Below, in pieces: positions 24,874 to 37,662 of a DNA stretch of 64,000 nucleotides. The notes under the pieces were generated by a model that was given only the letters and a program-made list of their open reading frames with translations, did not search any database and was not told the origin of the DNA. Each line of letters starts with the position of its first letter. Position 1 is the stretch's first letter. The translations under genes were made by a program, and so were the position numbers. The stretch is from Octopus sinensis (taxonomy: Eukaryota). The stretch spans positions 141,670,001 to 141,734,000 of the forward strand of contig NC_042997.1 in the NCBI RefSeq assembly GCF_006345805.1, written 5' to 3'.

Positions 24874-25089
24874 CGTAGTGAGAATTTACAAAAAAACAAA
24901 AGATGAAAACGGGTGTGTAAACAACAAACAGGTGTATTAGTTTAACGCTCGGGAAGTGAGAAAGTCTTTTACGCTTCGAGCCGACGCTCTTCGACAGAAA
25001 GGAACACAGAAATAAACAGGGAGAGAAAACAGAAAAGGTTTAGTGGCTAGAGATCTATCATGGCGAATGCCGGACAGAGGGGTCACACA
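24873..25089 (-). mobile_element. Third copy of the hammerhead-motif pLTR-like unit
   Basis: Shares acgctc(g/a)ggaa, the tttt-acg...cagaaa motif and terminal ggtcaca with 60586-60786; begins next to (TA)n. Confidence 0.6.
24964..25001 (-). ncRNA. Decayed minimal type-I hammerhead-like motif
   Basis: Minus strand: CUUU-CUGUCGA-A-GAGC-gucg-GCUC-GAAG-CGUA-AAAG. Stems I and II are intact; there are two core substitutions. Confidence 0.5.
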
Positions 25090-26744
25090 GCAGAGCTAGG
25101 GGGAAGAGGAGATAATAAAGTAGTGGTGATCCCAAAACGGACGTGCGCGTGCGTGTGTATGTGAGAGCGTGCATGTGCGTGTGGAAGGGGCTGGTGACAT
25201 TGACGTATGCGGGTGTGCATGTGTAGGTGTGTGGATGATGGTGTAGGTGCTGGGAATATATATAGAGAGAGAGAGAAAGAGAGAGGGAGCAAATTCGCCT
25301 GTTAGAAAATCTCTATAAGGGATGAAATTGGTAACTATACTGAGAAGTAATGTTTACCGCCACTTAAACATGGCTGTTCCGTAGGAATCGACATTACTGC
25401 TATTTTAACCGCAGGAGGACGCCTCCTTCGGCTGATTATTTGATGTTTTCTGTACTCGATATAAATTGCAATCATGGGAGTGAACCTCTACCATCTTCTA
25501 ACCACGAGACTACCTAACCGTACGGTTTCGACCTCTTTCTGATCATCCTCGGTGGTTCTCTTGAGGTTAAAAATGACAGAAACGTTGGTTACTACGGAAC
25601 AGCCATATTTGAGTGGCGGCAAACATATATATATATATATATGTGCGTGTGTGTTTATGTGTGTGTGTATGTACACCCACGAGTAAGTGTTAAAAACTGA
25701 AAATCTTCCTTTTGAAATATTTTATATCTTGTACATTATATGTATGAATGGCATTAATATTATCTTCATGCAATAATGTAAATTATTCCATCTGCCTTTC
25801 GGATTTACTTTCTACAACGGAACCTACTGAAACTCATAGAATAAGAGAGCGACAATTTAAGCATCAAAGCCATTTAATAGCAATGAACAGTTACTTTAAT
25901 GATATATTGTTTTGCTTTCTGATTTGGGCATGCTCTGCTGGTATTTTTAATATACATTAGACATACTACAATGCTTGGAAAACATCTGCGTTTCACAGTA
26001 GAAAAATGAATGTTTGCTTCAATAATATTGGTCAACAATGAAATCTACTAATACAACAAGAACAATATGTAAGCATGAGCCATATTTCTAGATCTATCAA
26101 TTTCATCTAGAAGAACGATAGCAGCACAAGCAGGAAATATTAATAGGAAAGCGAACAGCTTTAGTATGGACAACAATGACAAAGTAAGTAATCACAAATC
26201 GATTAAAACTATAGCAACCTGGAAGAAAGCAGAGAAAGCAACGACATGGAGAGGAAAGCCAACTAAATCATTATCATTGTTGTCGTCATCAATATCATCA
26301 TCATCATCATCTTCTTCTTCTTCTTCTTCTTCTTCTTCTTCTTCTTCTTCTTCTTCTTCTTCTTCTTCTTCTCTTCTTTTTCTCTGCTTCCTCCTCCTCC
26401 CCTTCCTCCTCGTCTTCCTCCTCCTCACCTTCCCTCTTTTCCTCATCTTCCCCTCCTCCGCTTCTTCCCCTCCTCCTCACCTTCCTCCTCCCTCACGTTA
26501 TCCTAATCGTCATCATCCTCATCATGGTCATCGTCACATTCAGCATTATCACCACCTTAATCAGGAAAGTCATTGGGAAAGCAATGTGCAACAACATCAA
26601 TAAATAATAGTTAGGGCCATATGCGATCAGAGTTCAAATACCGTCGAGATCAACTTGTTTTTTTTATCCTTCTGGGATCAATATAACAAATACAGATCAA
26701 GTACGAAGTCGATATATCCGATTGCACGCACATCCCACAAAATT

Positions 26745-26895
26745 TCTGGCTGTGTGGTAAGAAGCTTGCATCTGAACCACGTGGTTCCAAGTTCTGTCCC
26801 ACTGCGTGGCACCTTGGACGAGTGTCTTCTATTATAGCCTTGGGCCGAACAAAGCCTTTGAGTGAATTTGGTTGGCGGAAACTGAAACAAGCTCG

Positions 26896-26932
<37 letters not shown>

Positions 26933-27210
26933 AATGTGTGCCTCTGTGTGTGTGTGTGTGTGGTGTGTGTGTGTGTGTGTGTGTATGTGTGTGTGCCTGT
27001 GTGTGCGTGTTTGTGTTTTCCCCATCACTGCTTGATAAACGGTATTGGTGTACTTACGTCCCCATAACTAAGCTGTTCGGCAAAAGAGCCCGATAGAATA
27101 AGTACTGGTTTTTTCTTTTAATAAGTACTAGATGTCGATTCATTTGACTTAAAATTCTTCAAGGCGGTACCCCAACATGGCCGCAGTCTAATGATCGAAT
27201 CAAGTGAATG
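26745..27210 (+). mobile_element. SINE family B with internal (TG)n
   Basis: tggctgtgtggtaagaagcttgc...ccactgcgtggcaccttgg...cagtctaatgatcgaatcaagtgaatgataaaa. Confidence 0.8.
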
Positions 27211-28514
27211 ATAAAAAATAAAAGTTATATGAAATCATTTTGCCTTTCGTTGTTTTTTTATATATTTTCCTCCTTTCTGTGCAAGTTTCTACTGCACGCC
27301 CAGTTGCACTTCTGTATTCCTGAGATGTGTGCAGTATTGACTGTCAAGGATGTAAAATTGTGTTTCAATGCTACATCTGATTTTCTTTGTTGTAAAGGAC
27401 AGGGATTGTCGCTGTTTTTACTTCAATATTTCGTTTATTTACTGTATTGTGCCCCCTCTAACCTCTATGGACATTGGTTTGTGGGGAGATGTCATCATTT
27501 TATTGTCATCGAGCTGTTTAGTTTTATTTTCAGTGTATATTCCATTTCTGTTCCCTAAAATACTTTTGTTTTTTTCATTATTAATCTACGTTGAGTCGTT
27601 ACTGCGTTTATACGTTGTTTTTACGTTATTTCTTCTCCATAACACGTTCCTCTCATTTATGCTACCCGTATTTGCTAGATATAAAATAGATGTAAAATAT
27701 TAGAGCAATACTTCGAAGTATTATTACATGGCCCAAGGCTCTCTTGCCATTCTGTTTCTATTCTATTTTAACCTTTTTGTTAGGATCGAACATTATGAAA
27801 GAATACGGATTCTAACTAATGTGATGTATTACATAAATTTCGTAGCGTACTCGCATTAAACTCGCGCTATGTCATTCATCACACATGTTCGCCCATCGAA
27901 TAATGTATTGAATACTGTTTGAGCTATTAACGGAAATAGTTAATCCATATTTTTTTTGTTGCTATTTGTATCTCGTTTCTTAATTGTTCCTTATTTTCGT
28001 AATGTTTATTTTTATATATTTTTAAACAGCATATTTTGTATGCAATGATCCCTTGTATGACATATCATTTTGACTTACCGTGGATCCATATGACATCACC
28101 TCGTTTTGTTACTTTTCCTAATTTTACTCTCGAATATTCCATATATTGTTGGATATATTTCTGGGTTTGTGGTTTTGTTTACAGAACGCTGCTTCCACGT
28201 CCATGTAGATATTAAACCCACATATTAATATTGTAGGTTGGCAAAGTCATTAGAGCGTCAAGGAAAATAGCTTGCGGTATTTGGCTCGGCTCTTTATGTT
28301 CTGTCTTCTAATCCTACCGAGGTCAATAAAAGAAAGTATTAGTCAATTACTTCACAGGTACTTTATCTTATTTCATAACCCTCCCTCAAAACTGCTGGCC
28401 TTGTGCTTAAATCAGAAACAACCATTATGATTATTGTCACTCTTGAATTAGTTAATGTTGTTGTTATCGCCGCTGTTGTTGCTGTTGTTGTTCCGCTTTA
28501 CAACCAATCTCCCT

Positions 28515-30350
28515 TCTAGTAATAGCCGATATATTATTAGCAAGGATGCTTTCCTGGGGTTTGCTGACAACAAATCTTTTCAACTCTCAAGTATCTTTCT
28601 TAAGACTCTTGCCAAATACAGGAAGTATTTTTCTGCAGGTCAACCATACTTATATCATTTCCAATGTACTTAAGCCTTTTAGGCAGTATGGGCGTTATGC
28701 CTAGTGCACCAATTACCACAAGAATAATTTTAACCCTCGAATTCCACAATTTGCTTACCGGATATCTCTCAATCCACTATCTTATATGGGATTGCAAAGT
28801 TACTGATCATGTGTTTTTCTTTGTTCTTTTTACCGACGATCATATCTGGCCTTTCTGCTTCAGTGGTATGGTCATCCATTATAGACGAATCTCATAAAAT
28901 CCTGTAATTATCATTCATCATCACAGCCCCTGGCTTGCATTCGTACCACATTTCCAGTACTTGACTAACATCCACATGCATTCACCCTTTTACCGACAAG
29001 GTACTTTTTATACTGGCTTACTGCAATCGATCTGAGGATGATAAAAAATGTCGTCCTCTTTTCCATACATTCTGCGTTTGCCGTCTGATTGAATTTTATC
29101 AACCTTTGTCGTTATCAAATTCATTCTAATGCTTATTTCTTAACCTGATGACCGTGACAATTGTCAGGCACTCTAAAACCCAATTTATGGGAAGTTACCG
29201 TATGCTTTCTTGTCGGCTATCCATCCAACAGTTAAGCTCTTATTTATATCCTCTTAGTATAATATATAGATATCAAATAGATCAGAAAATCCCACTGATT
29301 TCTTTCTGCATCTTTTGTTCTAGTAGCTGTTTCTTCCTTCTCTAGAAAACTATACAATTTATCTCCTATGAGACCATTTATCAATTTCCAAAGCAATAGC
29401 AAACACGTAGTCTGACTTACCCTCCCTTTGCATCATCCTTCTGTATTAACATTGGCCTTTTTTTTCATATTATCGGTGCTCCATTTTTCTACTCAACCAA
29501 AAAGAAGCAGTTGTGTGTAACTGCGCATGCTTGCGAAATATCAAAGCCAGAATCCTTGAACACCAGATACTTTCCAGGTTGGTGTCGTTATATATACCAT
29601 TTCACAAATCTTTTCTACTGACTCTTCTGCAATATTTATATTCTCTTCAACTATTTTTCTCTTCACTTTTAATCTCTTATAACCAGTATACTATTCAGAT
29701 GTGGTAACTTTCTTTACATTGTTTCTGAAGAGCTTATTCTGTAGATACTAACTTTTGTTGTTGCTACCAAGGACTTTTACCGATTTAGCATAATATTTCT
29801 GTCATATCCTCCCTTTAGGAGACTGTGACCCTGTCTGTCTGATGTTATACTTACTTTGACGCTTGTTCTTGTGTCTTCCTACACCGACTTGTATGGCAAT
29901 TATCTTTCTTTAACCTTCGTTGAGTCGCTTCATTCTCAGGTCTTTCTCTCCACTATAATTTGTTAGACACTTTTTTATACTCCATTTTAACTCCAAAACA
30001 TCTCTACTGTAACAGAGGCCTCCCATTATAGAAGGTCATTTACAATTGTTATATTTCTACTTTCTTACGTGTTTTTCTTAACTTTTTACTTTCAGTTACT
30101 CTCAAAGCTTTTCATTTCGTTTTATCCTTATTTCTTTCTTCATTCAAACACTAAAGAAATATATTTTCCCCTCTGTAATATCTTTTCCCTCAGTGTAACT
30201 TATTTTTACTCACATTACTACTTTTTTTTCTCTTGGGGATTCATTGAACTTCATGCTATTTCTTACTCAATTTTTTCTTCCGAGTAACTATATTCTTCAT
30301 CTCTTCATCTTTCTCTGCACTGACTCTCCTCCAGTTCCAGTTAAGATAGC
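28515..30350 (-). mobile_element. R4/Dong-clade LINE relic, copy 3 (RT0-RT3, deletion, then zinc knuckle and RLE)
   Basis: Minus-strand pieces: WKVSGVQGFWL (RT0), LIQKDDAKGG, WKLINGLIGDKLYSFLEKEE, GWIADKKAYG, RMYGKEDD, WYECKP, ERPDMIV, LARVLEKIL. Many frameshifts. Confidence 0.7.
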
Positions 30351-30964
30351 CTTTGTTTTCAAATTATTATATAACTTTTATCTAGACGTGTTTGTTCTGT
30401 GGCTACAAACATCGCTTTTTCTCCCTCCCTCTCTTTCTCTCTCTCTTTCTTTTTCTCTCTCTCTCTTTCTCTCTTTCCTTACCTCCTTTACTCTTTCCCT
30501 CTCTCTCTCTCTCACTCTCTCTCTTTCTCCCAGTCTCTCTTTCTTTCTCTCTCTCTCTCTTTTCTTCTTCTTCTTCTTCTTCTTCTTTTTCTTCTTCTTC
30601 TTCTTCTTCTTCTTCTTCTTCTTCTCTATTCTACGAAGGGATGTTGAAAAGTTCCTGGTTTCGAGTAAAAGAAAATACAGAAGGATCAGTTAATGATGAT
30701 TTTATTCAACGTATTCCCCTCGCAGATTCACTCACTTATTGCAACAGTCCTTCAGTTTTTCTAAGTCTTGTAAACGAACTCGGATGCTACTTTTAAGACA
30801 GCGCGCGTTGTACATTGTAAGCAGTTACCTAGTTCTAATTCACGAATCTCTGCCTTAATCCATTTTAGAAAAGGACTAGAGTATCTTAATACTAGCATGG
30901 CCCGAGCATCTTCCTAATCCTTCTCTTTTAGTCTGTAGAAACATCATCATCATCATCATTATAA

Positions 30965-31630
30965 TTTGATTATCAATTAAGAGCTGATCCTTCGTTCCCC
31001 AGCTCCTCTTTCGGTACCCTTTCTGTTCAATAGGTAGCCGTCAACTTTTAAAAAGTATCTATACAGGTCACTGGCCAAAACACCTGACATTAGTTTCCAC
31101 ATTAGCGGAAGGCTAATTGGTCTAAAGTTGGATGCAACATTTCCCTTTTCAGGATCCTTGGCACATAACAGTGTCTTTCCCTTTCTCATCCTGCAAACAC
31201 TCATCTAGCTGTTGCGCTATCCTTTCATGAAACCCTCTCAGTTTCTTCATCTAATAACCTTGGACCCCATCCGGTCCTGGGCTTTTCCAATTTGGTTATT
31301 TTCTTAACTGCTTTTTTATCCTTTCTGTAGTTATTTTGTTGTCATCTTGGCTTTCGATATTTCTTAACATATCTTGCATTTCATGCAGCCACTCCGCTTC
31401 ATCATTATGCTCTACAGTCATTTCTCTGTCGTCTCTGGGTACGTTATCTGTTGGTGAAGTATCATTTCTATTTTCTACTTTCCTTTTTATCTCTTCAATT
31501 TCCATGTCTGCTAACCACCCTTTTGCTCTTATTGCTCTTGCTTGGTCGGCTAACCGTTTCTCACTTATTTCGAAGAGTCCCGGTTCATTCCTCCCCTACA
31601 TATCGGCTCTAGTGGTCAATAAATGAAATA
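30965..31630 (-). mobile_element. R4/Dong-clade LINE relic, copy 2 (N-terminal domain through RT1-2)
   Basis: [84 protein letters not shown]. Confidence 0.85.
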
Positions 31631-31639
31631 ACAATCATA

Positions 31640-33640
31640 ATTATTATTATTGTTGTTGTTGCTGTTGTTGTTTTTGTTGTTGTTGTTGTTGTTGTTTTTG
31701 TCGTCGTCGTTATTGTTGTTGTTCTGAAAGAATCTCGGATAGTTCTTAATTACTGGTTATTCTTTACTTGAAGCAGGCAATAAGAAATCACCAGCGGTTT
31801 CAAGTAGTGTCTTCTCCTGTGACTCAAAGAGACAATACTCTCCTTAGAATGTGAGCTGTACCCAACAATGCTGTCTTCTGGATCACCTCGAGCCTGACGG
31901 CAGCTCCAGTATTATTAATCTGTTTTTCAAAACCCTAAGTAACTGCTCCTAATGTACCTCCATTACTTACCCCATGCTTCATAACTGTCCTATCGCGTCC
32001 TGCAGTGGCTGGTATTTCTCAATCTTGTCTATTTCCTTACATTTCACCCTCGAATCGCCTGGTATTGCAACATCTATTATCTTTACTATTTTTTCATCTT
32101 TGTGGATGAGCTCGATATCTGGTCGGCTCGCCTCTATGACTTGGTGGCACTGCATGTTAAAATCCCAGAGTATTTTGTAATGTACATTTTCCATAACTCC
32201 CTGTGGCATGTGTTTATACCATTGTTCGGCTCTCTCGAGGTGTGCTTTACTGCACAACAGCCAGTGGACATATCTGGCCACATGTCGTGTCTCCTTTTGT
32301 ATTCGAGTTGTGCGAGCTTACAGCACTCACAATATGGCTTGTACTTTCTCCCTTCTCAAAAGCACATCCTACACTGTGGCGAGTCAGTGCTTTTATCAAT
32401 GTGATATTTGGAGTAGTTTGTTCTGAGAGCTTTTATCAATGTAATATTTGGAGTAGTTTGTTCTGAGAGCTTGTTCTTGAGCGCTGCACACTAATGCCTC
32501 AGTGGGCCCTTTTAAGTCTCCTTTCTGCAGCCATTGCCAGGTTCTATTCCAATCATCTTTATTCTTCAAGAATTGACTGTGCATTTCTTGTACTGCCAAA
32601 TTTTCTTCATCTGCTTTCTCTGGTCTTTCTTAAATTGTGTTGTATCTACGGCTTCGTTCACTTTAAGGTTCCTTGCATTTTCCCTGCTTCAATCATTTCT
32701 TCTTTACTCCCCTTGATATACCAAGCCGGGCTATTCTCTTCCCTTACACAACCTTCACAACACACCAATCCTCGTCCTCCTTCTTTCATCTTTACATACA
32801 ATCTTGGCACATCACTCTTGGGGTCATTGCCATTAATTTACGTGTTCTCCGGTCTATCTCTTGTAATTAAAGCTTCTTCCGAGATACTATTCCTGCTCCA
32901 TATCTCATCAAAGCAACCGCTCACGTGTTAATTGCTCTAACTTTATAGCAGCCATTTAGCTTCGATTAAAGCACAAGCCGAGTTCTCAAATACTTTTTCC
33001 TCTACATTTCTTTCATCTTGTGTTCATTCATCTTATCTCTTTCAATGATACCCAGGTACTTATATCCTTTCCGACTTTCTTTTTTCACCACTTTCCAGCC
33101 TGATCCCATAGCTTTTACTGATTTCCCCCCTTTTGAGAATCATTACACCACATTTCTCGATCCCAAATTCCATGCCAATATTTTTGCTAATCATCTGCAC
33201 AGTTGCCGTCAAACTCTTAACCTTTTTCTCAATCTTAGAGAATAACTTTAGGTCATCCATAAACCACAGGTTGTTTACTTTCACCCTGCCTAGCATGTAC
33301 CCCACGCGCATCTTTCTTTAAAACGCTCGTTAGTAGCATTATGCAGACAACAAATAGGAGAGGCGGCAGACTGTCCCCTTGAAAGATTCTTCTTTTGATA
33401 TTTACCTCTCCCAACTTATTTCCCCATGCTGTGAGTTCAGTTCGCCACGTTGTCATTGAGTTTTGTATTAATTTCAGGATATTATGGGAGACCTTAAGCA
33501 GTTTAAGGCATTCAATAATCCTTCGTTCCACTGTTCTTACGTCTACTTCCTTTTTGTTCCAATGGTAGTAGGTCGTTCCCATATAGGTACTTATAGATGC
33601 TGTTTAATATGATGCTCGTCATCAGTTTTCACATCAGTGG
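31640..33640 (-). mobile_element. R4/Dong-clade LINE relic, copy 1 (RT1-7, zinc knuckle, restriction-like endonuclease, 3' UTR)
   Basis: LLPLEQKGSRR, IFQGDSLPPLLF, LWFMDDLKLF, GMEFGIEKC, PTEALVCSAQEQALRTN, KILWDFNMQ, RPDIELIHKDEKIVKIIDVAIPGDSRVKCKEIDKIEKY, QKTALLGTAHILRRVLSL. Flanked by (AAC/AAT)n and (ATT)n. Confidence 0.92.
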
Positions 33641-33643
33641 CAA

Positions 33644-33644
<1 letters not shown>

Positions 33645-33687
<43 letters not shown>

Positions 33688-33775
33688 CATCATCATCACC
33701 ACCACCACCATCACCACCACCACCATCATCATCATCGTCATCATCATTATCATCATTATTATTATTATTATTATT

Positions 33776-33846
<71 letters not shown>

Positions 33847-33873
33847 CACTACTACTACTACTATTATTATTAT
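33645..33873. repeat. Compound trinucleotide repeat with an (ATT)n to (AAT)n strand switch
   Basis: (att)n(atc)n(acc)n...(att)8 | (aat)~23 with the palindrome centre at 33778/33779. Confidence 0.95.
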
Positions 33874-33875
33874 AG

Positions 33876-34006
33876 CACTGTAAATGATAACATTGTCGTT
33901 GAAAATGCCATAGCTATTTATATCGTCAGCGTCATAAGCAACGAAATTTTCAATGACGAAAACAGTGTCAATAAGAAAAGCAACAACAATAATGATGACT
34001 TGCAAG
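33876..34006 (+). CDS. Candidate exon ending in phase 1, TVNDNIVVENAIAIYIVSVISNEIFNDENSVNKKSNNNNDDLQ
   Basis: ttatAG acceptor, TGCAAG|GTGAGA donor, 43 open codons. It may instead be decayed trinucleotide repeat. Confidence 0.25.
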
Positions 34007-34151
34007 GTGAGAAATTGGATACTGTTCAAAAGATGTAATTGATCTATAATTGAAATTAATTCTTTGTCGCCATCTTTAGGATTTTCATTTATTTGTTACT
34101 TAATTTTTCATTTGTTTATTTATTTATAAAATGTTTTCTATCCATCTCCAG

Positions 34152-34190
34152 ACGAAGATCGAATATATCAAACACAGAATGGTCTGCAAG
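34152..34190 (+). CDS. Candidate symmetric phase-1 micro-exon, (D)EDRIYQTQNGLQ
   Basis: ttttctatccatctccAG acceptor, TGCAAG|GTAGAG donor, 39 nt, open frame; same last 6 nt as the 34006 candidate. Confidence 0.35.
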
Positions 34191-35785
34191 GTAGAGTAAA
34201 AATGATTTTTTCCGCTCAAATAATTACTAATGTGTAATTCAAAAACAATAACAATTTTAATGATAGTTTTGTTGTTTCAAATAGAAAAAAAATGATAGAC
34301 AGAACCAGAACAATTTTCGTTAGAAAAAAAATCATGATATATAATTTGACTAAGTGATTTTCAAAACTATATTAACATTAGCCTGTGTCTCAATTAATGA
34401 TTGCTTTCGATATTGATAATTAACACATAAAATTCTTCAAGTAAAACCATGTGTCTGGTTTTGTGAAACGCCTATTTTTCTTTTATTTATTTGTTTGTCT
34501 TTGCAGTTGTTTTAAAATTTTTATTGAATAACGTAAAATCGAAATGTAAAACACTTTGTTATTTCTAACCGAATAATTATTTGTTAATCGAAGGTAATAA
34601 TAAATGTCAGACATATATGAAACTTGAAATAACATTATCACAGCAAATAATGGACGTTTGTTTCTCTACCTTTTAGTTGTTTATTTGTATTGTTGTTTAC
34701 AGAAAATTTTTATTTATTTTGTAGAATAGAATAATGAAACATTTTCAAAAATACATAAATTCAAGAATTATTTTAACAGAGATTGCGATATTACAGGATT
34801 AACAAACTAAAATGTTTGCTTTTATTCGGATTTATTGTCTTAAACTTTAGCTTTCGTTCTAAGCAAAGCAGTATCTTCGTGTTAGGAGTGTCAGATTTGA
34901 TGATAACTGAAAAGTGTGACATATTCAGGAAATTTACTTAAACACCAACTACTTTCAATTATAAATTATTTTACAATTTTAAAGCTTATTTTCTCTTCAG
35001 GACTCTGTAAAAGATACTATTGAGAGACAGGAGTTATAATAATGTCACAGAGATTTCTGGCCTGTTCCATCTGACTAGAAGTTGAGCGTACTAACAACAC
35101 TTCATAAAATGATCGTCAATTGGATTTTTCTTGGCTTAGACTAACTTCTCAGTTATAACATAAAGTGTTGGATAAGGAGGACGTAATTAAATGCGTGTAA
35201 AAGGACAGTTAAGGTATTTAAATGGTTACTGTTAATCAACATTTATTAAAAGGATAAATAACTGCCATTATACGTATCTCCATCAAATATGTAGGGATTT
35301 CATTTTCTTTAATTATATATCTCTAATGAAATTTATTATGATTGATTACAATTAACCTTGTAATATAAAAGGAAACCAGTGTCGCACCCCATTGGAGCAA
35401 ATGTGAAACACTCAGTCGAATTATATAGAAGTTTCTATCTCCGACATATTTTTCACTTGACGTCAACAGAGAAGATTATAGATAAATACTGAAGCAGTAA
35501 AATTTTCTGAAATAGTTACAAACGCTATAGGGCGCATCAGTAAGCGTGTTTTGTCTCGAATCCAGACTAAAACAGTGGAAAAATAGGTATGACTGTCCTT
35601 CATGGAATTCTACTCTAGTTTCCTAATATGTATTGGACTATATCTCTACAATGGTTACTGCAGATGATAGTCAAATTCTATATGGGTACAGAGGAATTTG
35701 TTTTCTCCGAAACTTCACTCGTTCAAAATATCCTTGCATGAACGACTAGTGATTGCAGGCCGACAGTTGGTTTTGGTTCCTCTAG

Positions 35786-35833
35786 AAAATGAGAAAACAA
35801 ATGTCAAATCATCGCAGATAATTTTTGTACGAG
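35786..35833 (+). CDS. Candidate symmetric phase-1 micro-exon, (E)NEKTNVKSSQIIFVR
   Basis: ttggttttggttcctctAG acceptor, GAG|GTAAGT donor, 48 nt, open frame. Confidence 0.35.
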
Positions 35834-37389
35834 GTAAGTTGAATTCATTATTTATAAGTCAAGAAAATGCATGTCCCATACTTACTTATAGATAATGAAT
35901 TTGTGATTTATGCTGGCCAACTTGTAGTTTATAACAGTGAACTGTATTATTATACGGTGTCTATTTACTGCAAGTTGTGTTACTCTGTTGAGAGCTAAAT
36001 GCCTTTGCATTGCCTTCTAACACTTTGCGTGGTTTCTGCTGTCTTATCGACTCTGCCCACTGAGGAAGTAGACATGATCAATACACATCACCGTTTATTT
36101 ACTATTAGGCGTAAATACAGTATCTAAAAATATATGTGAATACCATAAAATTTATGTGAATATATATGAATATATAAAGACAAACTACTCTCCAAAATAT
36201 AGAGATCATTACAAATTTAGTGCCATACTAAGTACCGAGTTCGACACAACTGACGCGATTCTCCAGTATGACTGCAGTCCAATTACTGAAACAAGCAAGA
36301 AATACTTTTCTTTAGTAAGATGACAGTGAATTTTAGCATAGAACATTGGTTTACAAGCCGTATGTTGGCAACCTACTCCATCGTCTACATAAAGGAGTGT
36401 TCTTCACTTAATATAGAACTAAAACCAAAAGACATTCTACTGCACTGGCAATCTACTCCATCCTTTACATAAAGGTGTGTTGGTTCACTTAATACAAAAC
36501 TAAATATAAAATATAAATGAAATAATTTGACTTGTTTTTGAAACTTTTAAAATTCTTTTCTAAACAAGACCAAAGTTTCATATACTGATCGGAAAAGGCA
36601 TTTGTGTAAAAATTCTACTTATTACCATGGACATATCTATCAGCTCCAATGCCATCGTTTTTATGCAACCACCTCGGTTTTTCTATTTTTTATAAGACAT
36701 TCTATTAATATCTTCGATTAGCAATTGAAAACTCTGACAAATGAAATTAAAACATTCTACACCATGCACTGAAGAATTACTGCTTAGACAGTACTCTATC
36801 TTCTATTTTACCAACCAGTTCTTGTCAATTCCGGTTTTTCAAATCAGCTGGCTTAAATAATTTTGTTCTTTTCCATTAACTTTAAATTTATTTCTTTACA
36901 ATTAGGAAGATATCAATTTCGTCGTGTGTTTTTATATTCATTTAGAAACTATTACAAAACTAATTAATTTTGTCTTTAGCTCATAGCTCTGAAATGATTT
37001 CTTTTTTTTTTTAAGCTTAGTTGTCTTCTGTTTTTTAATGTTAGTTGTTTTCTGTTTTTTAAGTTAGTTGTTGGTGCTGTTTCCTTTTTATATTTGCAAG
37101 GTTACTTCTTCTTTGGCAAACTGCTGCAGATACAATTCCAAAATTTTCTTGGCAATAACAAGTCGTCTTGAAATTTTACTGAACCAATATTTCCCTTTCT
37201 TTAAATCCAAAGTTCGAATATTGCAGGCATCGAACTTCTCTTTTATACCTCTATAGTTCAGAATTCATATTCCGTATATCACCGGGACCTATTTTATTAA
37301 CCCTAGAACTATGAAAGACAAATTCAATTCTAGTGAGTTGAAACTAAAGAGTGAAAATACTAGACTAAAACACTGCATTTTTTAATAAA

Positions 37390-37610
37390 TAATACTGCTT
37401 TCAAATTTTGGCACAGGGCTAGTAAGTTCGAGAAAGGAAGTAAGTCGATTATATCAACCCCAGTGGTCGAATGCTGCTTATTTTATCGAAATATAAAGGA
37501 TGAAAGACAAATCTGACCTCGGCGGAGTTTGAACTCAGAACGTAAAGACGGACGAAATGCTGCTAAGCATGTTGCCCGGCATGCTAATGTTTCTGCCAGC
37601 TCGGCGCCTT
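37390..37610 (-). mobile_element. SINE family A
   Basis: ctgacctcggcggagtttgaactcagaacgtaaagacggacgaaatgctgctaagc...ctgccagctcggcgcc. Confidence 0.8.
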
Positions 37611-37662
37611 CTTTGTTGATATGATATTGACCAGTCAAAGATTCTAAATGGAATATATTATT

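Noticed and set aside
26066-26180. Minus-strand peptide LFAFLLIFPACAAIVLLDEIDRS resembling a Walker B motif or signal peptide
   Set aside because: Short, followed by tandem stops, with no Walker A and no supporting splice sites; probably chance.
35601-35670. Signal-peptide-like MEFYSSFLICIGLYLYNGYCR
   Set aside because: It stops after 21 codons with no usable donor.
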